Source: Bacillota bacterium
GTDB lineage: Bacteria; Patescibacteriota; Patescibacteriia; Patescibacteriales; UBA12465
DNA length: 64,000 nucleotides
Direction of reading: 5' to 3'
Assembly: GCA_050259635.1 (NCBI GenBank)
Contig: JBLNBA010000001.1
Span: 71,329 to 135,328 of the forward strand
Of this stretch, positions 43,571 through 51,253 are shown in pieces; position 1 is the stretch's first letter; every line of letters starts with the position of its first letter. The notes under the pieces were generated by a model. That model was not told the origin of the DNA and searched no databases. It saw only the letters and a program-made list of their open reading frames with translations. Position numbers and translations under genes: made by a program.

Positions 43571-43948
43571 CTAGGCTTCATCTTCTGCTTCGACGATTTC
43601 GGCACTCTCTTCGGTTTCATCGGTGACGCTATATTTTTTCTCTTTAGCCTTTTCCTCCTCTTCTTCCGCCTGGAGCTTTTGAGCGATCTTGAGTTTCAAT
43701 TTCTCAGCTAGCGCGCGGAACTGTTCCGCATCTTCCTTCTGGAGATATTTGAGAAGCTTGCGTCTCTCGCCGACCTTCTTGAGTAATCCGCGGCGGGAAG
43801 AGTAGTCATGCTTATGCTGCTTGAGGTGTTCGGTAAGCTCTTTGATCTCTTCGGTCAGGATGGCGATCTGTACTTGAGGGGAACCGGTATCGGTGTCATG
43901 CACCCGGAATTTCTTAATAATCTTCTCTTTAGTCTTTTTATCTAACAT
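43571..43948 (-). CDS. rpsO: ribosomal protein uS15 with acidic C-terminal extension
   Basis: [50 protein letters not shown]. 125 aa, against my recollection of ~89 aa in E. coli. Confidence 0.9.
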   Translation of the reverse strand: MLDKKTKEKIIKKFRVHDTDTGSPQVQIAILTEEIKELTEHLKQHKHDYSSRRGLLKKVGERRKLLKYLQKEDAEQFRALAEKLKLKIAQKLQAEEEEEKAKEKKYSVTDETEESAEIVEAEDEA

Positions 43949-44016
43949 AGTTTTGCGCTTTTTCCGAGACGAGGGGGTTGCACCCGCCTCCCAGCAAAAG
44001 TGACGTTATTATGCGC

Positions 44017-44277
44017 TTATTTCAGCGCGTTTATCTTTTTAGCTAAGCGAGATTTCTTGCGGGCGGCGGTATTCTTCTTGATTACGCCCTTTTTGGCGGC
44101 TTTATCCAAGGTTTTCATGATGACGGCAAACTCTTCGCGGACCGTCTTGTCTGCAGCCTGCACTTTCTTGAGGGTCTTCTTGACCGCCTGTTTCATCGTG
44201 TTTTTTACTTTAACATTGGCGATTTCTCTCTTCGTGCTCTTACGAAGCTCCTTTTTCGCCGATTTCTTATTAGGCAT
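44017..44277 (-). CDS. rpsT: ribosomal protein bS20
   Basis: [26 protein letters not shown]. 86 aa. Confidence 0.9.
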   Translation of the reverse strand: MPNKKSAKKELRKSTKREIANVKVKNTMKQAVKKTLKKVQAADKTVREEFAVIMKTLDKAAKKGVIKKNTAARKKSRLAKKINALK

Positions 44278-44350
44278 ACTGAATTTAGATAAATTAGGTA
44301 AATTATTAAAAGTAATCTTATGTTAGCACAAAACTAATTAAAAATCAAGG

Positions 44351-44424
44351 TCGGGGTGCCGGGACTTGAACCCGGAATCTCCTGCTCCCAAAGCAGGCGC
44401 CTTAGCCAATTAGGCCACACCCCG
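44351..44424 (-). tRNA. tRNA-Pro (anticodon TGG)
   Basis: Acceptor cggggtg/caccccg, anticodon stem cctgc/gcagg, loop ttTGGga. Confidence 0.85.
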
Positions 44425-44435
44425 TGGCATAAAAA

Positions 44436-44498
44436 ATTACGGATCAGGAAGTGTGAATTACGGCGAAATATCGTAATTCGTAATTCATGATCCGTAAT
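44436..44498 (-). other. long imperfect hairpin in the tRNA-Phe/tRNA-Pro spacer
   Basis: Outer 11-bp stem attacggatca/tgatccgtaat. The inner tgaattacg can pair with either copy of a tandem cgtaatt repeat. Confidence 0.6.
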
Positions 44499-44508
44499 CT
44501 TTGTTTTG

Positions 44509-44580
44509 TGCCCCGGGTCAGAATCGAACTGACGACACAAGGATTTTCAGTCCTTTGCTCTACCACTGAGCTACCGAGGC
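44509..44580 (-). tRNA. tRNA-Phe (anticodon GAA)
   Basis: Acceptor gcctcgg/ccggggc with one U:G pair, loop ctGAAaa. Confidence 0.85.
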
Positions 44581-44613
44581 CCAGTGAAATTTTTTTATCT
44601 CGGGCCGTTTTTG

Positions 44614-44686
44614 TTGCGGGAGCTGGATTCGAACCAGCGACCTCCAGGTTATGGGCCTGGCGAGCTGCCAACTGCTCTATCCCGCG
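44614..44686 (-). tRNA. initiator tRNA-fMet (anticodon CAT), atypical
   Basis: C1:A72 mismatch (cgcggga/tcccgca) and A11:U24. The anticodon stem ccagg/cctgg has only two G:C pairs next to the loop, and the loop reads ccCATaa. Confidence 0.8.
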
Positions 44687-44707
44687 ATCATGTCCTTCTT
44701 AGAAGGG

Positions 44708-44781
44708 TGGGCAATGGAGGATTCGAACCTCCGACCTCAACATTATCAGTGTTGCGCTCTAACCAACTGAGCTAATTGCCC
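44708..44781 (-). tRNA. tRNA-Ile (anticodon GAT)
   Basis: Acceptor gggcaat/attgccc, loop ctGATaa. Confidence 0.85.
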
Positions 44782-44886
44782 CGATAATTAATCTGAAATA
44801 ACAATAAAAAATCAGTTTTCCGCAACTTCTTGATAAAATATAACAGAAGGTCAATAAAAAAGCAAGTCATTATAAAGGCCGATTTT

Positions 44887-45855
44887 TCAGCTTAAAGAAG
44901 CGACAATCGCATATAGCTCGCTCTTGATTTCCGCCTTGCCCTGCTTGTTGCGGAAATCGAGATCCAAGAGGCCTTCTAACCCCTGTTTGAGCTCGGTTAA
45001 AGTGAAGCGGCTTCCTTGGGAAAGGCTCTTTTTGACGACAAATGGGTGAAGCTTGAGTTTAGAAGCTAGCTGGGCTTCGCTTAAGCGCCCCTCCGCTTGC
45101 AGGATTTTTAACTGGAGCATGATCTTAAACTGCCTTTGGAACATCGCGAGAAGGTATTCGGCGCTCAGGCCGGCAGCGAATTGTTCCTCTAAAAGTTGTA
45201 AGGCTGCGGCCCGGTTCCTGCTGCCCAGAGCATCGGTGAGGGCAAAGATGTTCTCCTCTGTTTCTCCTTTGACTAATTCCTCGACCAAGGCGTTGTCTAT
45301 ATTACTGCCGCCCGAGGCGGCAATGAGTTTCTTAATCTCATTATCTAATCTCCAGAGGTCGTTTTCGGTGCGGGAGATGAGGAGAGCGAGGGCGGAGGGG
45401 CTGATCCTTCCTCCTTTCGCGGCGATGGACTTTTTTGCAAAGTCCAAAACTTGGATGTTATTGAGAGGCTTGAACTCTTGGACGAAAGGCTGTTTTCCCA
45501 GCCAAGCGAAAAGCTTCTTGGCTTCCGCTTTGAGTTTGGTGGGGGAGATGTCGTTTTCGTTGAAGACGATGGCATTATCATCCGCGCCTGCCTGTTTCTG
45601 GCAGGTCTCGAGCAAGCCGGAGAAAAGAGCTTCATCTTTATTGGCGAAGGCATCCTCCAGGATTACCATCCGTTTGGCAGTGAAAAGCGAACCGCCAGCC
45701 ATTTTTTCCCTGATCTCCTTAGGCGATGCCTGTTTTGCGTCTACATACACTAAACTTTGGCCGAGCGGATCTACCGCGGCCATGAAACGGTCCTGTAATT
45801 CTTTCAATTTTTGTTTACGGCGGAATGAATCCGCGCCATAAAGGAGGAATATCAT
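44887..45855 (-). CDS. holA: DNA polymerase III delta subunit
   Basis: 322 aa with a delta-like N-terminus (IFLLYGADSFRRKQ) and an all-helical C-half. Overlaps the upstream gene by 4 nt. This is a weaker, pattern-based call. Confidence 0.65.
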   Translation of the reverse strand: MIFLLYGADSFRRKQKLKELQDRFMAAVDPLGQSLVYVDAKQASPKEIREKMAGGSLFTAKRMVILEDAFANKDEALFSGLLETCQKQAGADDNAIVFNENDISPTKLKAEAKKLFAWLGKQPFVQEFKPLNNIQVLDFAKKSIAAKGGRISPSALALLISRTENDLWRLDNEIKKLIAASGGSNIDNALVEELVKGETEENIFALTDALGSRNRAAALQLLEEQFAAGLSAEYLLAMFQRQFKIMLQLKILQAEGRLSEAQLASKLKLHPFVVKKSLSQGSRFTLTELKQGLEGLLDLDFRNKQGKAEIKSELYAIVASLS

Positions 45856-48416
45856 AGGCGTCCAAACTGTTTAACGTAGTTCTTAAAGAGGTCGCCTTTT
45901 TCCTTGTAGTCTTTCCAGAGGCTATAGCTCGGGGAGGCAGTGGAAAGAAGGCAGGCTTTTCCGGCGGGAGTCTGCTTAAAAGCGAAACGGACGGCTTCTT
46001 CCATTGAGGAGGTTTCCAGGATAGGCGGGAGATTATTTTTATAGGCGGTCATCAGAGCATCTTTGATCCGAGCGCCGCTATAAGGAAAGAGGATGATGGC
46101 ACTGAGCGGGAGCTGCGTCAGGCGTTTGGCCAGGGAAGAGAAATCATACCCGCGATCTTCTCCGCCGAGGAAGATGCAGCCGGTCTTTTCACCAAGATAA
46201 TCCAGTGCCGCCATCGTGGATTCCGGCGTGGTGGAGATGGCGTCATCATAGAAATCTATGCCTCGGTAACTGCCGATATTTTCCAAACGATGGGGCAAGC
46301 CCCTGAAGTTGGCAATTCCTTCCCTTATCGCTTTGTTTGCGATTTTCAATTCTTTGGCGACAGCGATGGCGGCTCCGATATTTTTGAGGTTGTGCTCTCC
46401 AGGCAGGCTGATATCAGCCTGTTCGATAATCTTTTTTCCGCCATAGAGGAGCCAGCCGTCTTTGGCCTCTACTTCCTGGTCATAAGGGAGGGCCTTAGCC
46501 TTATTGTGCTTGGCTAACTTATTCAGGAAAGGAAAGCTTGAGTTATATACGAAAACATCTCCTTCTTGTTGGAAGCGGGCGATATTGGCCTTGGCCTGCG
46601 CATAGTTGTCGAATCCTTGGTGGTAAGGGAGGTGATCAGGGAAGAGGCTGATGAAAACGGCGATGTGCGGGCTTTCTTCCAGAGTGGAGAGCTGGTAGCT
46701 GGAGAGTTCATAAACGAACCAAGCGTCTTCGCCGATCAGGTGGAGAGGGTCGGCACCGATGTTGCCCACCAGATAAGCCTTTTTTCCGGCCGCTTTAAGT
46801 ATCGAATAGATGAGAGAACTGGTAGTGCTTTTGCCTTTCGTCCCGGTGATGCCAATGATCCTATCGCGCTCATGGCGGAAGAAAATGCGGCTCACCGTTT
46901 CCATTTCAGCGCCTTTCTCCAAAGCTTCCTGCAGCTCCGGCGTTTCGGAGGAGATGCCGGGGCTTTTGGCTATGACATCGAAGAGGGTAAGAGATTCCAG
47001 GTAGTGCGGGCCGTCTTTCTTGTCGCGGAAGCTTATCACAGTCTTGGGATCAAGGCGTCGATAGTAGTCTGCTAAGTAATTACCCTCTTCCCCTCGCCCG
47101 AGGATGACGGTGGGCCGGAAGCTTGCGGGAACGGCGTGTTCTTTATTGACGGCGAAAGCCTGGGCGATGATTTTTTTCTTATCCTTAATCTTCGGGGCGA
47201 TTTTCTTTACGAAGTATTCCATTACCGGATCCTTATCATAACCTCGGTTGCGGGCCAGGAGAAGGGCTGCCTTCACTTCTTCCGGCGTCCCGACGCAATC
47301 AAAAGGCTTGATGCGCTTTTCTCCCCACAGCTCTTGGAAGAGCGGGAGCATCTCGGCTCGGAACATGTCTTTCCCGAAGATCTTTTTCAATTCATTTCTT
47401 GGCAAGAAGGCGGAAAGCAGGGAATAGGTGAAAGCGCATTTGGGACATTCGCCGCACCAGCGGGAGGCGGCTGCCTCCGTGATCCGGAAGTTGCGGTTGC
47501 AGCTGGAAAAAGCCGGTAGATATTTCTTGTGAGCGGAGAATTGGTAGGCGATACGGAGCTCGGTAAGAGGGCGGAGGATACTGAAGTATTCCAGTTTCTC
47601 CGCGACATTATCCTTGAGATAGGAGGCGAAGTCGCGCTCGAACTCAAAAGATTTGCTGTATTGATGGTTAATCTCTTCGCCAAGGTAACGGACATTGCCG
47701 AAGTTGGCGCTGGCTTCGTTCGCGAAAACTATATAGCGGTAGTCTTCAAGAGCGGCAGCGAGGACGCAGATCCAGGAGTAAAGGGCAGAAATCGGCACGT
47801 GGCCGTTATAGGCGCCTTGCTTGTTCAGTTCAAAAAGCAGGGGATCGATCTCCCGTCCGAAGACTAAGCGGGATTTGCCTGCCAGTTTAGCCGTGTCTGC
47901 TTGGATGCGGCTGTCTCTCAAGCTGATGAGAGTAAAGTCTTTCCCTGTCTGGCCCAACTTCTCGGCCGCCAGAAGGGAATCCTTTCCGCCGCCGATGGGA
48001 GAAAGGCAGCGGTCTTTGAAAGCCTTGTTGGAGACGGCAGGTTTATAACCGCGTTTATAAGGAAAGGAAACGAGGCCGCGGTAATCGATCTTATTGCGAT
48101 AGAAAAATTCTCCTAGGCCTTTCGTGTACAGTTTATTCCAGAAGGCCGCTTGCTTTTTGGATAGGACGCCGCTTCTGACCTCTATTTTCTTGGGGCAGAA
48201 GGCCTTGTAGTAGCCGATGCCGGCGGCGAGATGCAAGTTGAAGAGAATATTGTCCAAGAGCTTGCGATCTCCCTTGAAGGCGACGCCCTGGGGAAGAGTA
48301 ATCTGCTCGGTGAATCGTAAACCGGTATCGAAGGAATATGAAAACCGGACCAAGGAGTTTCCTTTATCGATCTCATAGCTCTCGAAGATGAATTTTTCCG
48401 GTTTCTTTAGTTTCAT
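45852..48416 (-). CDS. murD: fusion protein: N-terminal PP-loop ATPase-like domain (MurL-like?) + C-terminal UDP-MurNAc-L-Ala--Glu ligase MurD
   Basis: The C-half has the Mur ligase P-loop GITGTKGKST and GLPHRLE. The N-half (aa 1-~440) has the PP-loop SPIGGGKDS and CGECPKC and no Mur ligase similarity. Confidence 0.75.
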   Translation of the reverse strand: MKLKKPEKFIFESYEIDKGNSLVRFSYSFDTGLRFTEQITLPQGVAFKGDRKLLDNILFNLHLAAGIGYYKAFCPKKIEVRSGVLSKKQAAFWNKLYTKGLGEFFYRNKIDYRGLVSFPYKRGYKPAVSNKAFKDRCLSPIGGGKDSLLAAEKLGQTGKDFTLISLRDSRIQADTAKLAGKSRLVFGREIDPLLFELNKQGAYNGHVPISALYSWICVLAAALEDYRYIVFANEASANFGNVRYLGEEINHQYSKSFEFERDFASYLKDNVAEKLEYFSILRPLTELRIAYQFSAHKKYLPAFSSCNRNFRITEAAASRWCGECPKCAFTYSLLSAFLPRNELKKIFGKDMFRAEMLPLFQELWGEKRIKPFDCVGTPEEVKAALLLARNRGYDKDPVMEYFVKKIAPKIKDKKKIIAQAFAVNKEHAVPASFRPTVILGRGEEGNYLADYYRRLDPKTVISFRDKKDGPHYLESLTLFDVIAKSPGISSETPELQEALEKGAEMETVSRIFFRHERDRIIGITGTKGKSTTSSLIYSILKAAGKKAYLVGNIGADPLHLIGEDAWFVYELSSYQLSTLEESPHIAVFISLFPDHLPYHQGFDNYAQAKANIARFQQEGDVFVYNSSFPFLNKLAKHNKAKALPYDQEVEAKDGWLLYGGKKIIEQADISLPGEHNLKNIGAAIAVAKELKIANKAIREGIANFRGLPHRLENIGSYRGIDFYDDAISTTPESTMAALDYLGEKTGCIFLGGEDRGYDFSSLAKRLTQLPLSAIILFPYSGARIKDALMTAYKNNLPPILETSSMEEAVRFAFKQTPAGKACLLSTASPSYSLWKDYKEKGDLFKNYVKQFGRL

Positions 48417-48417
48417 A

Positions 48418-51177
48418 TTATTTCAGCTCGCCCCAATTATCTCCGGATGAAGCCTCCACAAGGACCGGTACGGATAAAGGCAGAGCGGACTCCATCAGTT
48501 CTTTTATCTTGGGAGCGTGCTTGTCCAGCTTATCCGCTTTCACTTCGAAAATCAATTCGTCATGGACTTGGAGCAGCAAGCGGATTTCATCCTGCTTCCC
48601 TTTGAGATAGGAGGCGATATCCAACATGGCTTTCTTGATCATATCGGCGGCCGTCCCTTGGAGAGGCGTATTTATTGCCATGCGTTCCGCGGTGCGCCTC
48701 ACCTGGGGTATCGTGGACTCCAGTTCGGGTAGGGGGCGGCGGCGATTGAAGATGGTCTCGGCATATCCTTTTTCGCGGGCGAGGGCGATGAAGCGGTCCA
48801 TCATCTTCTTCACCCCGGGATAGACTTTGAGATAACGGTCAATGAATTCCTTGGCTTCGCCATAGCTTATGCCGGCGGCTTCGCTTAGTCCGTGCGGACC
48901 TTGGCCATAGATGATCCCGAAGTTCGTGGCCTTGGCCGCTCGGCGCATATTCTTGGTCACGTCCTCTGGCTTGATGCCCTTTATCGCTGCTGCCGTAATT
49001 GTATGGATATCATCTCCGTCCTTGAAAGCTTTAGCCATGCGTTTGTCCTTGGAGAAATGAGCAGCTAAGCGTAGCTCGATCTGGGAGTAGTCGAAGCTGA
49101 TAAGCTTGTATCCTTTTTCTGATATGAAAGCCTTGCGGATCTCGCGCCCTTCCTCGGTCCGGGTAGGGATATTTTGCAGATTGGGTTCCATGGACGACAG
49201 CCGGCCGGTGGCAGCGATGGTTTGGTTATAGGTAGTATGGATGCGCCCGTCCGCGGGATCGATCAGGGAAGGCAAGGCCTGGATATAGGTGCTCTGGAGC
49301 TTGCTCAGCTCTCGGTAGCGCTGGATGACGGGGATGATGGGGTGGGATCCTTTCAGTTTTTCCAGTTCTTCGTCGGCCGTGGACAGTCCGGTCTTGGTCT
49401 TGCGCAGTCCTTTCACCTCCAAGCCCAGCTTGGTGAATAGGATCCCTTGGAGCTGCTTCGGGGAATTAATATTGAACTCTTCGCCGGCGAGCGAATATGC
49501 TTCCGCAATAAGCTCTTGCAGCTTGGTGCTAAATTCCTTTTCCATATCTTCCAGCGCCCCTCCATCCAGCTTGATGCCGAGGTCTTCCATGTCTGCCAGG
49601 ACATAGGAGAGAGGAAGTTCCAGGTCTTTTGCCAGAGCGTCTAACTTCGCTTCTTTGAGGTCTTTGGTCAAGATGCTTTCTAACTGGAAAATACAATCCG
49701 CGTTTTCGCCGGAATAGAGACGGAGGATATCGGTGGGGATGTCTTTTAATCTTTTTGCCTCTTTCCCTTTGCCGGTTATTTCCGGAAGGCTGATTTTTTC
49801 GTATTTGAGATCCCTGAAAGCGAGTACGTCCAGGTTATGTTGGCGGTTGTCCGGTTGCAGGAGATATGACGCCAGCAGGGAATCGAAGACGATCCCATGG
49901 AGCTCAATACCTTGTCCTCTCAAGGCTCGGATGGCGAACTTGAGATTGTGCCCGTATTTCTTTATGCCCGGGTTTTCCAGGATACCCTTGAAAGCCGATA
50001 GGTTGGACTTGCCGAAAGAAAATAAATCGTTAGCAGAGGAGAGTTTTAGGCAGAAAGCTTCTCCCTCTTTGAAGCAGAAGGAAATCATCAGGGCTTCCGC
50101 ATGCATGGGGTCCTCACCTTCGGTTTCTAGGCTGAAAGCGAAGGCTTTCCGCTTTTCCAATTTTGAAATCAAGCCGGCAATATCCTTGTTTTCCACCAAC
50201 TGGTAACGCTTCTGCCGGTTGCGCTCGAACTTATCCGTATGTTCGATGAGAGAAGGTTTTGCTTCCCCTACTTCTTGATGGAGATTTTTCACTTGTTCCA
50301 GCTTGCCGATAAGGGTGCGGAATTCCAAGTCATAGAAAAGTTCGATCGCTTTTTTTTCATCGAAGGAATCCAAGCGTAAGGCAGGCCAACTGATATCAAT
50401 CGGGGCCTTGCAGTCTATGGTAGCTAATCGGCGGCTCATGTAGGCGCTATCTTTTCCGGTTTTGAGGAGTTCCAAGATGCGCGGTTTTATAGCGGGGTCT
50501 TCCTTGGCAACGGCTTCATATACCCCATCTAAGGTCGTATAGCGCTGTAATAATTCAGTTGCCCCTTTTTCGCCGATCCCCCGGACGCCCGGGATATTGT
50601 CGCTGGCATCGCCGCGGATCGCCTTATAGTCTATCACCTGGGAGGGCTCGATCCCGTATTTAGCTTTCACAACCTCAGGGGTATAAAGGACGCTTTCCGA
50701 AAGGCCACGGCTCATGGCATAGACGCTAGTCCGCTCGTTTACCAATTGTAAAGTATCCATATCGCCGGTAATAACGATGCTGTGCCAGTCCGTGTCGGTT
50801 GCTGCCTGCCGGGCGATGGTGCCGATAAGGTCGTCCGCTTCATAGCCGTCCAGTTCAAAAATGGGCATATCAAGGGCTTCTGCCACTTGGCGGGCAATCG
50901 GGAACTGCTCAAAAAGCCCATCTGGCGCCTTATGCCTAGTGGCTTTGTACTCCGTATATTCTAAGTGGCGGAAAGTAGGGGCGGGGCGATCGAAGGTAAG
51001 AACGGCAAATTCTGGCTTAAGTTCGATAAAAGCTTTGAGAATGAAAGAGGTGAAACCATAGACCGCATTAACCTGCCTGCCGTCTTTGGTGGTGAGAGTG
51101 GGTGGGAGGGCATGGAAACTACGGTGAATAAGGGCGTTTCCGTCGATAATAACGAATTTGGGAGCATTTTTCTTCAT
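48418..51177 (-). CDS. polA: DNA polymerase I
   Basis: 5' nuclease domain, middle exo-like domain, and pol motifs DYSQIELR, RRAAKATNFGIIYG and QVHDELIFE. 919 aa. Confidence 0.95.
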   Translation of the reverse strand: MKKNAPKFVIIDGNALIHRSFHALPPTLTTKDGRQVNAVYGFTSFILKAFIELKPEFAVLTFDRPAPTFRHLEYTEYKATRHKAPDGLFEQFPIARQVAEALDMPIFELDGYEADDLIGTIARQAATDTDWHSIVITGDMDTLQLVNERTSVYAMSRGLSESVLYTPEVVKAKYGIEPSQVIDYKAIRGDASDNIPGVRGIGEKGATELLQRYTTLDGVYEAVAKEDPAIKPRILELLKTGKDSAYMSRRLATIDCKAPIDISWPALRLDSFDEKKAIELFYDLEFRTLIGKLEQVKNLHQEVGEAKPSLIEHTDKFERNRQKRYQLVENKDIAGLISKLEKRKAFAFSLETEGEDPMHAEALMISFCFKEGEAFCLKLSSANDLFSFGKSNLSAFKGILENPGIKKYGHNLKFAIRALRGQGIELHGIVFDSLLASYLLQPDNRQHNLDVLAFRDLKYEKISLPEITGKGKEAKRLKDIPTDILRLYSGENADCIFQLESILTKDLKEAKLDALAKDLELPLSYVLADMEDLGIKLDGGALEDMEKEFSTKLQELIAEAYSLAGEEFNINSPKQLQGILFTKLGLEVKGLRKTKTGLSTADEELEKLKGSHPIIPVIQRYRELSKLQSTYIQALPSLIDPADGRIHTTYNQTIAATGRLSSMEPNLQNIPTRTEEGREIRKAFISEKGYKLISFDYSQIELRLAAHFSKDKRMAKAFKDGDDIHTITAAAIKGIKPEDVTKNMRRAAKATNFGIIYGQGPHGLSEAAGISYGEAKEFIDRYLKVYPGVKKMMDRFIALAREKGYAETIFNRRRPLPELESTIPQVRRTAERMAINTPLQGTAADMIKKAMLDIASYLKGKQDEIRLLLQVHDELIFEVKADKLDKHAPKIKELMESALPLSVPVLVEASSGDNWGELK

Positions 51178-51183
51178 GAGGAC

Positions 51184-51213
51184 ATTTTAGCACGGGTAAT
51201 AAACAATAGGCAA
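51184..51213 (-). promoter_or_regulatory. sigma70-type promoter placed for a leaderless polA mRNA
   Basis: On minus: TTGCCT, 18 nt spacer, TAAAAT, then only 6 nt (gtcctc) before the polA ATG. Confidence 0.45.
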
Positions 51214-51225
51214 AAGCCATATTTT

Positions 51226-51253
51226 AAAAAAATCCTGCTTTTTTTAAGCAGGA
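51226..51253 (-). terminator. intrinsic terminator (minus strand) upstream of the polA promoter
   Basis: On minus: tcctgct-loop-agcagga followed by TTTTTTT. Confidence 0.65.

Noticed and set aside
44334-44775. Four 63-75-aa ORFs (44334-44540, 44444-44671, 44487-44702, 44584-44775)
   Set aside because: They are entirely composed of the tRNA-Pro/Phe/fMet/Ile genes and spacers.
45053-47867. Antisense ORFs within holA and the MurL-like/MurD gene (45053-45841 at 262 aa, 46566-47075 at 169 aa, and others)
   Set aside because: These are shadow ORFs opposite well-supported genes. Their products are Ser/Ala/Leu-rich low-complexity translations.
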